Source: a virus (taxonomy: Duplodnaviria; Caudoviricetes). Taken from it: a stretch of DNA of 64,000 nt. The position numbers were made by a program, and so were the translations under genes. The notes beneath the pieces are model-generated. The model worked only from the letters and a program-made list of their open reading frames with translations, was not told where the DNA came from and ran no database searches. Each line of letters starts with the position of its first letter. Position 1 is the first letter of the stretch. Shown here piece after piece: positions 48,721 through 58,507 of the stretch. Location: positions 96,001 through 160,000 of IMG/VR virus record IMGVR_UViG_3300043177_000122; one strand, 5' to 3'.

Positions 48721-48727
48721 GTAGGCT

Positions 48728-49240
48728 TCAAATTAGTGATTTCTTTCGCAATCGTTTACGAAGTGCTGGATCACTACATCCGAGTTTTTTTGAAACTGCA
48801 AATATGCTATTTTCAGCAATCATTTTTATGAGTGATTGATCATCTGGCCAATTAAATCTATCTTGGGTTGTTCGACAATGATTGCATAGCCCAGATACCG
48901 ACACTCTACTTCTATAATTTCCACATTTTTTGCAAGTATAATTTCCCGTTCGTTTTCTATTTATCGCATTACCACCAGCATAGTTTTCCGTTTGAGAGTG
49001 ACAGTTAGGGCAAAGAAATCTTAAATTCTCTATTCTATGATCTTTGTTATCTCCATTAATGTGATCAACTTGTAATGTAAGAATGTTTCCATTCCACTCT
49101 GGCCCTAATCCACAGATTGCGCATTTATATGGCAACAGATTGTACTTCAAGATTTTAGTTTTAAGATGTGATCTAGTAAAAGTAGAATTTTTTACTAATG
49201 CTTCCTCAATTGGGATTTCGTGGTCGCCTTTTTTATACAT
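48728..49240 (-). mobile_element. HNH homing endonuclease with C-terminal HTH
   Basis: LQVDHINGD...NLRFLCPNCH. Confidence 0.85.
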
Positions 49241-49288
49241 GTAACCTCACTTAATCTAACCTTTGTATGCATGTCAATGCATAGTTTT

Positions 49289-49780
49289 ATGAAAGAACTT
49301 CGTTTGGAAATAGAACTTGTACCACAAACCTCATGGATGAATAATGTCCGTTCTATATTAACTGCTGCACAATGGGATATTCTAAGAAAGCAAGTATCTG
49401 CTGCTGCTTGGGATACTTGCCAAATTTGTGGTGGAGTAGGCCCAGAACACCCAGTTGAGTGTCATGAGATTTGGGAATATAACGATAAGACCAAGATTCA
49501 AAAATTAGCCGGAATGATTGCATTATGCCCCAATTGTCATTTGGTCAAACATTTTGGTTTTGCTAGAGTTACAGATAGAGAGGAAATTGCTTTCAATCAT
49601 TTTATGAAAGTCAATAGTCTTAAAAAAATTCAAGCAGAAGCCGAGATTGTTAAAGCATTTGATATTTGGAGAAAACGTAGTGTGATTGATTGGGAACTTG
49701 ATCTATCTGGACTAGAGCGGTACGGAATAGATATTTCTAAAATTCGGAAGCCGCTAATGAAACCTTCGGAGACTGAGTAA
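49289..49780 (+). CDS. HNH-fold phage protein
   Basis: CQICG...ECHEIW...LCPNCH.VKH; start uncertain (49271-49289). Confidence 0.65.
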   Translation: MKELRLEIELVPQTSWMNNVRSILTAAQWDILRKQVSAAAWDTCQICGGVGPEHPVECHEIWEYNDKTKIQKLAGMIALCPNCHLVKHFGFARVTDREEIAFNHFMKVNSLKKIQAEAEIVKAFDIWRKRSVIDWELDLSGLERYGIDISKIRKPLMKPSETE

Positions 49781-49832
49781 GAATAACACTTGATAAGATA
49801 CTATGATATACTACATTACTAGTGGTGGTAAA

Positions 49833-50222
49833 ATGCCTTCTAATACAGACGAATCTAAAAGATATTGGCTTTTAGAGGATCCTCGTAAAACCGGACTTAA
49901 GAATGGGTTACGACAATTAACAATTGAACAGTTACAAAGAGTTATCGATTATCAAGGTGAAATGGTTCTGGACAGCTATAATTATGAGGGTGGAAAATTT
50001 TGTCCTTTAACGATAGCGGTTGAACTAGATAAAACAATAATTAACCCAACACATGAAAAAGTTTTCGATGCCTTGACAAGTATGGGTTATAAAGTTTACA
50101 ATACTCGTGGGATTCCAGGCGAGTTTTACACAAATAATAGGCTGGAAGATTTGCTGGAAGCAGCAAAAGAAGTGTTACAGGAGAAAACAAATCAGAATGC
50201 AAACTGTAAATCAATCAAATAA
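49833..50222 (+). CDS. Hypothetical protein
   Basis: Coupled ORF. Confidence 0.6.
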   Translation: MPSNTDESKRYWLLEDPRKTGLKNGLRQLTIEQLQRVIDYQGEMVLDSYNYEGGKFCPLTIAVELDKTIINPTHEKVFDALTSMGYKVYNTRGIPGEFYTNNRLEDLLEAAKEVLQEKTNQNANCKSIK

Positions 50223-50748
50223 TCAGCAGCGTGAATACCGTACTCGTATCAATAAATTCATTCGTGTTCCTCAAATTCGTGTAGTGCTTGCCGATGGTTC
50301 CAATGCCGGCATTATGAATACTTATGAGGCTTTGAAAATGGCACAAGACCAAGGACTTGATTTGGTGGAGATTAGTCCTAAGGCACAACCACCAGTCTGT
50401 AAAATTATGGACTATGGTAAATTTAAGTACGAAGAGAAGAAAAAGCTTCAAGCTGCTAAAAAGAATCAACAGATTCAAGAACTTAAGGAGCTAACTTTTC
50501 GACCCAACACTGATGAGAATGACCTAAAACATAAGCTTTCTCAAGCTAAAGAGTTCTTAGCTGATGGTGACAGGGTTAAATTTGCAGTACGTTTCCGTGG
50601 TCGTGAAATTGTCCATCAGGATATTGGTAAAGAGAAGTTAACTTGGATTCTTCAGGAATTGAATGGTTTAGTATCTCCTAATCCGCAAATTTCTTTAGAA
50701 GGAAAAATTATGTGGATGATTGTTTCTCCTACTAAACAAAAGTCATAA
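50197..50748 (+). CDS. infC: Translation initiation factor IF-3 (possible AUC start at 50191)
   Basis: RIN..IR...R, DLVEISP.A.PPVCKIMDYGKFKYE, FL..GD.VK...FRGRE. Confidence 0.93.
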   Translation: MQTVNQSNNQQREYRTRINKFIRVPQIRVVLADGSNAGIMNTYEALKMAQDQGLDLVEISPKAQPPVCKIMDYGKFKYEEKKKLQAAKKNQQIQELKELTFRPNTDENDLKHKLSQAKEFLADGDRVKFAVRFRGREIVHQDIGKEKLTWILQELNGLVSPNPQISLEGKIMWMIVSPTKQKS

Positions 50749-50758
50749 TAGTAGGAAT

Positions 50759-50835
50759 GTCCCCGTAGTCTAAAGGATAGGCACCAGTTTCCTAAACTGG
50801 CATTAATGTTGGTTCGAGTCCAATCGGGGATACCA
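50759..50835 (+). tRNA. tRNA-Arg(CCU)
   Basis: CCAGT/ACTGG stem, loop TTCCTAA, A20, CCA. Confidence 0.88.
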
Positions 50836-50852
50836 CTGATATATTTGTTGGC

Positions 50853-51317
50853 ATGAGAAACAAGAACTTTTCTTCCGAAGGCCAACGTAATTCCGACAAT
50901 CTAATATCTTTATTGAGACATCGCCTACATGATAATGGTAAGGTTAAATCTAATGATGCTCATGGCAATATTATTTATGTCGATTGTGATGTGTACAGTA
51001 AATCAATGCTAGAAGCATTCATTGATCTTGCGGTTTCCGAATTCAATGCCACTCCTGAGTTTACTGATTTTACATTAGAAAATAGTAGATTTGTGGACTG
51101 CTTTGCTGAAGTGATCATAGAGGGCGCCACTCTATATGCCTTATCTTCTAAGGCTTTGATTGAGCGCGGTCGTGAGTTTCAGATTGCAGATGACGGCGTT
51201 AATTTTCAGCCGCCTGCCATATCAGATATGCTTAATACTCAATTTAGTACGCTATTAGCACATCATTGGGATAAGTTGAAGCACATCAAGGCTAGCATTA
51301 AGTCCTTCAACAAGTAA
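50853..51317 (+). CDS. Hypothetical protein (possibly virion neck/adaptor-like)
   Basis: 154-aa helical ORF; GATATATT 7 nt before ATG; function is a guess. Confidence 0.6.
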   Translation: MRNKNFSSEGQRNSDNLISLLRHRLHDNGKVKSNDAHGNIIYVDCDVYSKSMLEAFIDLAVSEFNATPEFTDFTLENSRFVDCFAEVIIEGATLYALSSKALIERGREFQIADDGVNFQPPAISDMLNTQFSTLLAHHWDKLKHIKASIKSFNK

Positions 51318-51333
51318 TGATATATATTCCGTT

Positions 51334-52071
51334 ATGAAGAACGGAATTATATTGGCCGGCGGCACCGGCTCCCGTTTGATGCCTTTAACCCAAGTTGTTA
51401 ATAAACATTTGCTAGGTGTCAACGGAAAATTTATTATTGACTATCCAATGGATACCCTTAAGAAAATGGGTTGCCAGGACGTTACTGTAATTTTGGGTGG
51501 TAATCATTATGCCCAAGTAGCAGGCTATCTCGGTGATGGTAGTCGCTATGGCTTGAATTTAAACTATGTCTATCAGGCTGAGCCAAAGGGAATTGCCCAC
51601 GCGATTAATTTGTGCAAAAGATTTGTCTATGATGATTCAGATTTCTCAGTAATTCTCGGTGATAATATTTTCGAAAATGTTCCACGATGGAATAATCCAG
51701 ATTGGAAGACGAATCCTCGTGCTCAAATTTTATTAGCACACCATCAAGATCTGAAACGCTTTGGTGTTTGCTCTGTTGATACAGATGGCAAAATTGCAAA
51801 GATTGAAGAGAAACCAAAAGAGATAGACCCTAATTATAAAAATTTAGCAATGTCGGGTTGCTATCTTTTCACTTCACGATTCTTTGAATATTTTGAGCAG
51901 CTCAAGCCTAGCGCTAGAGGCGAGTACGAGATTACTGATATTGTTCGCCATTATTTAAAAGATGACAATTTATCTTACTCGGTTCTTGACGGCCTATGGA
52001 GTGATGCTGGGACTCATGAATCTATTGCTTTTGTAAACAACTACTTCTATACTAAATCTCAAAATCATTGA
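51334..52071 (+). CDS. rmlA: Glucose-1-phosphate thymidylyltransferase
   Basis: GIILAGGTGSRL.PLT...KHLL, Q.EP.GIA, LGDN, EEKP, RGEYEITD, W.DAGT. Confidence 0.9.
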   Translation: MKNGIILAGGTGSRLMPLTQVVNKHLLGVNGKFIIDYPMDTLKKMGCQDVTVILGGNHYAQVAGYLGDGSRYGLNLNYVYQAEPKGIAHAINLCKRFVYDDSDFSVILGDNIFENVPRWNNPDWKTNPRAQILLAHHQDLKRFGVCSVDTDGKIAKIEEKPKEIDPNYKNLAMSGCYLFTSRFFEYFEQLKPSARGEYEITDIVRHYLKDDNLSYSVLDGLWSDAGTHESIAFVNNYFYTKSQNH

Positions 52072-52111
52072 TATAGTAGCTTCGTATTAGTAATTAACGA
52101 TTCGAGGCATT

Positions 52112-52969
52112 ATGAAAGTATTGACATTAGGCAACGGGTTCGTAGCCGATCATTTACCGTATGATAGAGTTCTAAAAGGAACTGAACGTGTTGAGCCATA
52201 CCGAGAAAATTTAGCATACCTTCTTGGGCGTGATAAACCAGATGTGATTATAAATTGTCTTGGCAAGACTGGCCGACCCAACGTAGACTGGTGCGAGTCA
52301 CATAAAACAGAAACTTATATGGCCAATGTAACAATGCCACTTATGATTGCAGAATGGTGTGAAAGTAACAATGTTCATTTGATTAACATTGGCTCTGGCT
52401 GTATCTATTTTGGCCCATCTCCTTACAAAGGTCATACTGGGGGGGCTAAAGATCCTGGTTGGCGAGAGGATGATTTTGCTAAACCAGAATCTTTTTATTC
52501 TAAAACTAAATATGCTTGTGACATGATGATTGGTTCTCTACCACATGTTACTACATTACGTATCAGAATGCCGGTATCAGATAAATTTGTACCGCGTAAT
52601 TTGATTAGTAAGCTTAGGGGATACAAACAAGTAATTGATATCCCAAATTCCATGACGATTATGAGCGACCTAGTTCGTTGTATTGACTGGGCAGCCACTA
52701 ATCAACCTAGTGGTATTTGGCATGTTGCTAACCCACAGCCAATGACGGCAGCCCGCATTATGCAAGAATACCAGAAATACTTTCCAAAACATCAGTTTGA
52801 AATTATCACTGAAGGACAACTGGATCAGTTGACAATTGCTAAGCGCTCAAACTGTATCCTTAACACGGATAAACTTAGGGCAGCTGGATTCAAGATGAGT
52901 GATTCTGAAGAGGCTCTTGCTAGTTGCATGGCTGAGTACGTTCAAGATATGCGGAGAAACAATGTCTAA
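52112..52969 (+). CDS. NDP-4-keto-6-deoxyglucose epimerase/reductase (RmlD-fold, NRS/ER-like)
   Basis: GKTGRPNVDWCE, GSGCIY, FYSKTK, LRIRMP. Confidence 0.82.
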   Translation: MKVLTLGNGFVADHLPYDRVLKGTERVEPYRENLAYLLGRDKPDVIINCLGKTGRPNVDWCESHKTETYMANVTMPLMIAEWCESNNVHLINIGSGCIYFGPSPYKGHTGGAKDPGWREDDFAKPESFYSKTKYACDMMIGSLPHVTTLRIRMPVSDKFVPRNLISKLRGYKQVIDIPNSMTIMSDLVRCIDWAATNQPSGIWHVANPQPMTAARIMQEYQKYFPKHQFEIITEGQLDQLTIAKRSNCILNTDKLRAAGFKMSDSEEALASCMAEYVQDMRRNNV

Positions 52970-53156
52970 TAAGAATGTTACGATTGATTTAAAAGCTAGA
53001 AAAGATAAAGACGGCATGATCTTCTATGTTGGCAAGATCAAGGCTCCAGTTTTAATTGACTGCTCCCAAGGCGCCGTGTTTTTAGTTTTCGTTTCAGATC
53101 ATGGTGATGAACAATTACAAATTGCGTTAATGGATAATAAAGAATTGGATGATTAA
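52962..53156 (+). CDS. Hypothetical protein
   Basis: GGAG SD, 64 aa. Confidence 0.6.
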   Translation: MSNKNVTIDLKARKDKDGMIFYVGKIKAPVLIDCSQGAVFLVFVSDHGDEQLQIALMDNKELDD

Positions 53157-53455
53157 TGCCCAACCATTTTGAAATCCTATGGGAAAAATGTGAAAACTTT
53201 CAGAAAGAAGCTAATGCTGGAGCTAGCGTTCAACAAGTTATTGAAGAGCTAGTGATGAAGATTAGTTTGTATAAAGCAATTGATACTAAAACAGAGATTC
53301 CAGAGGAAGATCGACAAAAAGTAAAATCTCGCACATTAGGCGAGATTTTATTGACACTAACAGCATTATCCCTCAAAGATAATATCAATGTTTATGATGC
53401 TTTAAACATAGCGCTTCAATATAGAAGTATTGATCATTACGTTAGAAAAACTTAA
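53156..53455 (+). CDS. MazG-like helical protein
   Basis: EEL...LGEIL..L..LS....NVYDAL pattern. Confidence 0.45.
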   Translation: MPNHFEILWEKCENFQKEANAGASVQQVIEELVMKISLYKAIDTKTEIPEEDRQKVKSRTLGEILLTLTALSLKDNINVYDALNIALQYRSIDHYVRKT

Positions 53456-53814
53456 ACTCTTTCAATGTAAAAATTACCCATTGGCATTCCTGGTAGCCCT
53501 TCTTTTTGCAAAGCAACAACGGCTTCATAGATTTTATCTTCTAATGCTTTAGGATTAGCAATATTTTGTTGTGAAGAATACATTACTTTGAATGCCGCTC
53601 CGCCTTGTAATTCTGATTGAGAAATTCCAATGCTTGCAATTTGAGAGGCATGTGGTCCTAGCTTATGTCTAATGGCCACAGAAATGTTCTCTTTAACCAC
53701 ATGGCGTGGCGCTAAATGTTGAGGTGGTAATTGCTGTTGTGCAAGCTTAGTAATAATCTTTTGTTGGTTTGAAGCAATTTTTAATAGCTTCTCTAAAATC
53801 TTTTTTGAATCCAT
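53452..53814 (-). CDS. Hypothetical protein, N-terminal KLLKIASNQQKI motif (paralog 1)
   Basis: AGGAG SD; motif shared with the adjacent gene. Confidence 0.7.
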   Translation of the reverse strand: MDSKKILEKLLKIASNQQKIITKLAQQQLPPQHLAPRHVVKENISVAIRHKLGPHASQIASIGISQSELQGGAAFKVMYSSQQNIANPKALEDKIYEAVVALQKEGLPGMPMGNFYIERV

Positions 53815-53843
53815 AAACAACTCCTGTATGAGATATAATTTTA

Positions 53844-54188
53844 TTAGTCGGTAAACACAACAAAAATATTAGATAGTTCAGGTTGGTCTGGTTTCTGTGT
53901 AGATACCATAGTCTTAAGCTGTCTAATGAATTTTTCGCGAGTAACATTGTCTTTGGGGGCGCCGGCTACTTTGACAGTGTATCCGCCCATAACTTGAATG
54001 TCAGCGGTTACATCTACCTGAGATGCATTAAATCCGTTATTGGCGGCCGTGATTTGTGCTGCGCTTTTTAAATACACAATATTAGGGTCTTGCTCTTGAG
54101 TAAGGCGTTCCAAAATCTTCTGCTGATTAGAGGCAATCTTTAGAAGCTTGCTAAGAATAATTTTCTCTTTGTTATTCATGTTTTCCAT
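53844..54188 (-). CDS. Hypothetical protein, N-terminal KLLKIASNQQKI motif (paralog 2)
   Basis: Identical 12-aa motif. Confidence 0.7.
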   Translation of the reverse strand: MENMNNKEKIILSKLLKIASNQQKILERLTQEQDPNIVYLKSAAQITAANNGFNASQVDVTADIQVMGGYTVKVAGAPKDNVTREKFIRQLKTMVSTQKPDQPELSNIFVVFTD

Positions 54189-54624
54189 CCAAACTTTGTT
54201 GTAACAAGTAAACCGCTTCCTCGCGACTACTTGCGGTTGCCATTATCATATCATCCAAACCCAGTGTTAGCTTGCCCTCTTCTTCAAAGCAGTTATAAGC
54301 ATCTTTGGAGAACTTTAGAAAATCCTTTTCTGCCAGCAAGGACATCTGAACTGGTGACCCTTCTAGATTTTTATACTTTAGTAATACCTTGTGTAGCAAT
54401 TCAGTCTGGAGATCATAATTAAGGCACTGGTCTCCAAAAACACCAATGAATTTTTCCGCTGCTAAATCAAGGTTTTCTAATGTAGACTTATACAGCCTTT
54501 CAAAAAGCAAATGATCACCATAGAATGACACACCTTTGATAGTCCAATGATTATGTTGGTGAATTAGGGACAATGCTTTGAGAGTTGCCACATACAAAGC
54601 CCCGACTTTACTGCATTTATCCAT
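54172..54624 (-). CDS. Dps/ferritin-like protein
   Basis: HQHNHW..KG..F..DHLLF..LY...D..AEK. Confidence 0.7.
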   Translation of the reverse strand: MDKCSKVGALYVATLKALSLIHQHNHWTIKGVSFYGDHLLFERLYKSTLENLDLAAEKFIGVFGDQCLNYDLQTELLHKVLLKYKNLEGSPVQMSLLAEKDFLKFSKDAYNCFEEEGKLTLGLDDMIMATASSREEAVYLLQQSLDGKHE

Positions 54625-54802
54625 GAGCTGGTCCTAGAAGTTACGGATTAATATGGAACCGCACAAAGATATGCTTTTATTGGTAGCTTCCTCTAAAATA
54701 GTATTTTTTTCAAAAGTATATCAATTTTGAACTAGATCTCGACAACGATGAGGGGGATCTATAGGGGGAGTATAATGTTATATATGATCCTAGGATTTTT
54801 AG

Positions 54803-55153
54803 ATGAAAAAACAGAAAACAATCGTACCTTTTTACTTCAAGGACATGACTCACCAACAAATGGTTGATCATCTTAACGAGAATTATCCCATTAGTCTTAA
54901 ACATAATGAAGACATAATTAATAGAATACATGCCAGATACCCAGTACTAGATAAGTCTGAGGTAGGAATCATAGTGAAAGCGGTTTTTGCTAGCTTTCGC
55001 GACCTGTTAATCCTGGGAAAAATTATGAATTTCAATAGTTTATTTTTTGACACAAAATTGCATTTCTTTGATTACCGCCGAGCCGGCCGTATATTACCAT
55101 CCTTGAAAGTTCGCATGTCTACGCCACCTAAGCTGAGGAAACATGACAAATAA
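54803..55153 (+). CDS. HU/IHF-like DNA-binding protein
   Basis: SEVGIIVKAVF..F.D.L..G helix pattern; basic arm. Confidence 0.5.
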   Translation: MKKQKTIVPFYFKDMTHQQMVDHLNENYPISLKHNEDIINRIHARYPVLDKSEVGIIVKAVFASFRDLLILGKIMNFNSLFFDTKLHFFDYRRAGRILPSLKVRMSTPPKLRKHDK

Positions 55154-55487
55154 AGAATTCGAAGATTTTTTGATTGATGACGATTCGGATGAAGAGATTG
55201 AGGAGGTTAAATTAGATATTGACCAAATCAAAGCAACTTTATCAGATTATTCAAATCAGAAACTTTGTGAAATGATTGTTTGTGATAGATATTTTGGTCT
55301 GGAAAAGAAAGTATCAACTATTTGTATGGAAGAGTTAGCTAGACGACGTCTAGCCGGAGATCCTTTTAAATATGAGGATCATATTGCAGAAATAACTAAA
55401 GAAATGCCAGAGCTAGGTTTATCTGCCACTCCAGACATAAGAACTGTTCTTAATCAAGCCATTAGTAGAAAGATTAATGCTCAATGA
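55143..55487 (+). CDS. Hypothetical protein
   Basis: GAGGA SD, acidic N-terminus. Confidence 0.6.
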   Translation: MTNKEFEDFLIDDDSDEEIEEVKLDIDQIKATLSDYSNQKLCEMIVCDRYFGLEKKVSTICMEELARRRLAGDPFKYEDHIAEITKEMPELGLSATPDIRTVLNQAISRKINAQ

Positions 55488-56032
55488 ATCGTAATTTAAC
55501 CGAGCAAATAGCTTTGCATGTTTTAGCTAATTTAGGGGTTGTATCTGCCAACTTTGTAAACAAAGAGGCAACACAATCAATCATAAATAAATCATACTTG
55601 TTGCCTGAGAAAATCTCTTTTGAAGATAATGGGCAAATAGTTCGTAAAAACATTTACGGGTGCCAGGTATCCATAGCTGATTCTAAAGAGTTGCGATTAT
55701 TATTGGCAGATTGTACACAAGATAAAGAGTTTCCGGAATTTGCACTGTTAGTACAGCTAAAAGATGCTCCTGCTTTCGGCATATATATGATCATTTCTAA
55801 TGATCAAATGGATTCTGAAGTTTTAATTGCTGTCAGTGCCGATAAACAAAATTGGATGCCATGCAGTGTATATTTACAAGCTACATTTTTAGCAGGCATG
55901 GAACAATTAAGAGATGTTGGTTTTGGTTGGACTAAAGCGACAAACTATTCGGAACATCATCAGCAGTTACTTTCTTTTATCAAATTCCATCATAATATTT
56001 ATCAGGAGGCAAATGAGGGGCAAGAAGAGTGA
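55484..56032 (+). CDS. Hypothetical protein
   Basis: 182-aa coupled ORF. Confidence 0.65.
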   Translation: MNRNLTEQIALHVLANLGVVSANFVNKEATQSIINKSYLLPEKISFEDNGQIVRKNIYGCQVSIADSKELRLLLADCTQDKEFPEFALLVQLKDAPAFGIYMIISNDQMDSEVLIAVSADKQNWMPCSVYLQATFLAGMEQLRDVGFGWTKATNYSEHHQQLLSFIKFHHNIYQEANEGQEE

Positions 56033-56486
56033 TCAAGCATTCGTTGCCGAATTCATTTCTGAAGCTGTTCAACATGGTATTGAGACTCCAGAGGAAATAG
56101 TTCGAGATGCGAAGAAAAAGATTGAACAAATTGATGAAGATATTAGGGCTGTTGAAGCTAAAAAGATTCTAAGATCAAAACTTGTAGATGTTATACTGAC
56201 TTTTGAGAAAAAATCAAAAGAGACATCTGAGACGGCAAAGTTTCTTTCGTTTTTTAAATTAGATTATCCTGGTCACTGCAAGCTTATTTGTGAATGGGTT
56301 AAAAACAAACCTATTGATATTGGAGAAAAATTTCAAGTTCTTGGTACTGGAGAAAATGATCCACACATGAGATATTCTATTAAACAACTTTTAGAATGTA
56401 AAGTTTTAAGTAGGGTTGGTAGTCAAGTTATGCGTGGTGAAAGATATAATGAGTATATGACATTTGTATTACGCGAGGTCAAATGA
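56013..56486 (+). CDS. Hypothetical protein (possible winged helix C-terminus)
   Basis: AGGAGG SD, ATG 56013. Confidence 0.65.
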   Translation: MRGKKSDQAFVAEFISEAVQHGIETPEEIVRDAKKKIEQIDEDIRAVEAKKILRSKLVDVILTFEKKSKETSETAKFLSFFKLDYPGHCKLICEWVKNKPIDIGEKFQVLGTGENDPHMRYSIKQLLECKVLSRVGSQVMRGERYNEYMTFVLREVK

Positions 56487-56848
56487 TTATTCTAGTACAG
56501 GATAGAAAAGATAATTTACATCTCTCAAATTATACTCCTTATAATGGTCACAAGTATACTCTTTGTAATCTCATTTACTGTTTAAAAGATATTGTTAATA
56601 CGATAGCGTTAGACAATACATTCCCTGGTATTTGTCGTACTTGTTATGAAAATTATGAGGCCATGTATCTTGATGATTTAGATTATGATCCACGTATTGC
56701 TCATAGCTCTTTAAACAAAAATTTAATCTATAAGTACACTGATACTTCTAAGCAGTATTCAAGCCTTGATGTAAAACACTGGGATGCAGTTAATAAAAAT
56801 TGGGGAACATTACGTAAGTTACAGCGTAAAGTGACTGTGAGGAAATAA
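56483..56848 (+). CDS. Hypothetical protein
   Basis: H...C...C..C pattern; coupled ORF. Confidence 0.6.
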   Translation: MIILVQDRKDNLHLSNYTPYNGHKYTLCNLIYCLKDIVNTIALDNTFPGICRTCYENYEAMYLDDLDYDPRIAHSSLNKNLIYKYTDTSKQYSSLDVKHWDAVNKNWGTLRKLQRKVTVRK

Positions 56849-57174
56849 TGCCTTTAAGTATAAGCAAAAGAGATTTGTGGCATTATGTAAATCGAAAAAT
56901 CAAGCGTTTAATTCATCACTATCATGTCTTCAGTGTTATTAGTCTTTTGTTTGAAGAGATGCTTAGAGATTTAAAAGCCGGTAAAGAAATTAAGATTGTC
57001 AATCTTGGAACTTTAGTACTCAAAGATACGACTCCACGCAAATATCATGATGTAAGGTTTCACCGTGTAATGGAGTCTCCTGGTCACCGTGTCATGAGAT
57101 TATTTTTAGCCAAACCTATTCGTAAAAAATTATGTGAATCCCTAGATCTTGACAAGAAAATGAAGGGTAATTAA
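56848..57174 (+). CDS. HU/IHF-like DNA-binding protein
   Basis: LFEEM...LKAGKEIKIVNLGTL....PRK. Confidence 0.7.
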   Translation: MPLSISKRDLWHYVNRKIKRLIHHYHVFSVISLLFEEMLRDLKAGKEIKIVNLGTLVLKDTTPRKYHDVRFHRVMESPGHRVMRLFLAKPIRKKLCESLDLDKKMKGN

Positions 57175-57175
57175 A

Positions 57176-57562
57176 ATGAGAAAAAGAGGACCGCGTCCAG
57201 TGGTGTTCGTTTGTGTAGGGATAGATCCAAATAAGCCAGGCGACCCAATATCAAAACAAATTACGGCTGCTTCTCAGAATGAAGCGGCTTCTTTGTTTTT
57301 TGAGATGACGAAGGTGAAAGCTAAAAATATTCATGGCCCATATAGACCTAAAAGGGCTCAAGTTTTAGAGAACACTCGTAACATGAGATTTGGTGAACAA
57401 TCTAAAAAAGCAATTTATAATGATTGGGAAGTTACTGCCTTTTATCTAAAAGAACCTGAGAACCATGCATATTTAGTCTTTCAGAGAAGAGTTGATGGTC
57501 AAAAGCTAGCAGCCCCCAAAGGCACTGTCATTGTGCCCATTTCCGATTTGAGGTTATCATAA
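57176..57562 (+). CDS. Hypothetical protein
   Basis: 128-aa ORF. Confidence 0.6.
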   Translation: MRKRGPRPVVFVCVGIDPNKPGDPISKQITAASQNEAASLFFEMTKVKAKNIHGPYRPKRAQVLENTRNMRFGEQSKKAIYNDWEVTAFYLKEPENHAYLVFQRRVDGQKLAAPKGTVIVPISDLRLS

Positions 57563-57912
57563 TGAATAAAACCTTTCTTAAAAAGATAAAGGCTTTGTTA
57601 TTAGAGCAAAAGACAGAGCTGATTAAATCTACAAAACAAGATTTAGCTGTAGATACCGATGGCGATGAGACTGATGAAATTCAAGCCAACCAATTGATTG
57701 AATTGAATAACCAGTTAATAGTACGCTCATCTGCTAAAATGTCTCAGATTGATGCGGCTCTTAAACGTATTGAAGATGGTACGTATGGACTATGTCAAGA
57801 TTGCGAAGAATCTATCCCCGAAAAAAGACTACTAAGTAATCCGTATTTTCAAACTTGTGTATCATGTGCTGAAGAGCGTGAAGCAGAAGAAAAACAAAGA
57901 AAGAGGTTTTGA
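57562..57912 (+). CDS. dksA: DksA/TraR C4 zinc-finger protein
   Basis: DETD coiled-coil tip, AL.RI..GTYG.C..C...I...RL......C..C. Confidence 0.88.
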   Translation: MNKTFLKKIKALLLEQKTELIKSTKQDLAVDTDGDETDEIQANQLIELNNQLIVRSSAKMSQIDAALKRIEDGTYGLCQDCEESIPEKRLLSNPYFQTCVSCAEEREAEEKQRKRF

Positions 57913-58499
57913 TCTTGAATACATTAGTATTAGAACAAACTGAACATGGCGAAATGCCAATGGATGTGTATCAGAAATTGGCTAACGACCGAATTTTGTT
58001 TATCACAGATTACATTGATGACGCAATTGCAACTGATATTATTGCAACTTTGCTTTTAAAAGATCATGAAGATAATGAGAAAAAGATTACACTTTTTATC
58101 AATTCTCCAGGTGGCGATATTCGTAATACCTTTATGATCTATGACGTCATGATGCTAATCAACGCTCCAATTGAGACTGTTTGTATTGGTGCAGCAATGG
58201 ATGAAGCTGCAATCTTATTGGCGGGCGGCGAAAAGGGCATGCGACTAGCAACTAAGAATTCTATTATTGCTGTAAGTCAGCTTGTTAATAATTGGCATAT
58301 GCATACCAATATAACAAACGCTAAGAATCTCATGGAACAATTCAAAATCGATAACGATCGTTTAGTAGAAATTATTAGCAAATCAACTGGTAAAAGTGTT
58401 AAACAGATTAGGGAAGATTTTGATCGTCGAGTATTTTTCACTGCTTCTAAAGCGTTGAAGTATGGTTTGATTGATAAAGTTGTAACACCAAACAAATGA
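57909..58499 (+). CDS. ClpP-fold protein lacking the catalytic triad (ClpR-like)
   Basis: FINSPGG present; AASMG becomes AMDEA, MIHQ becomes AVSQ, DRD becomes DRR. Confidence 0.8.
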   Translation: MILNTLVLEQTEHGEMPMDVYQKLANDRILFITDYIDDAIATDIIATLLLKDHEDNEKKITLFINSPGGDIRNTFMIYDVMMLINAPIETVCIGAAMDEAAILLAGGEKGMRLATKNSIIAVSQLVNNWHMHTNITNAKNLMEQFKIDNDRLVEIISKSTGKSVKQIREDFDRRVFFTASKALKYGLIDKVVTPNK

Positions 58500-58507
58500 G
58501 ATAGACA

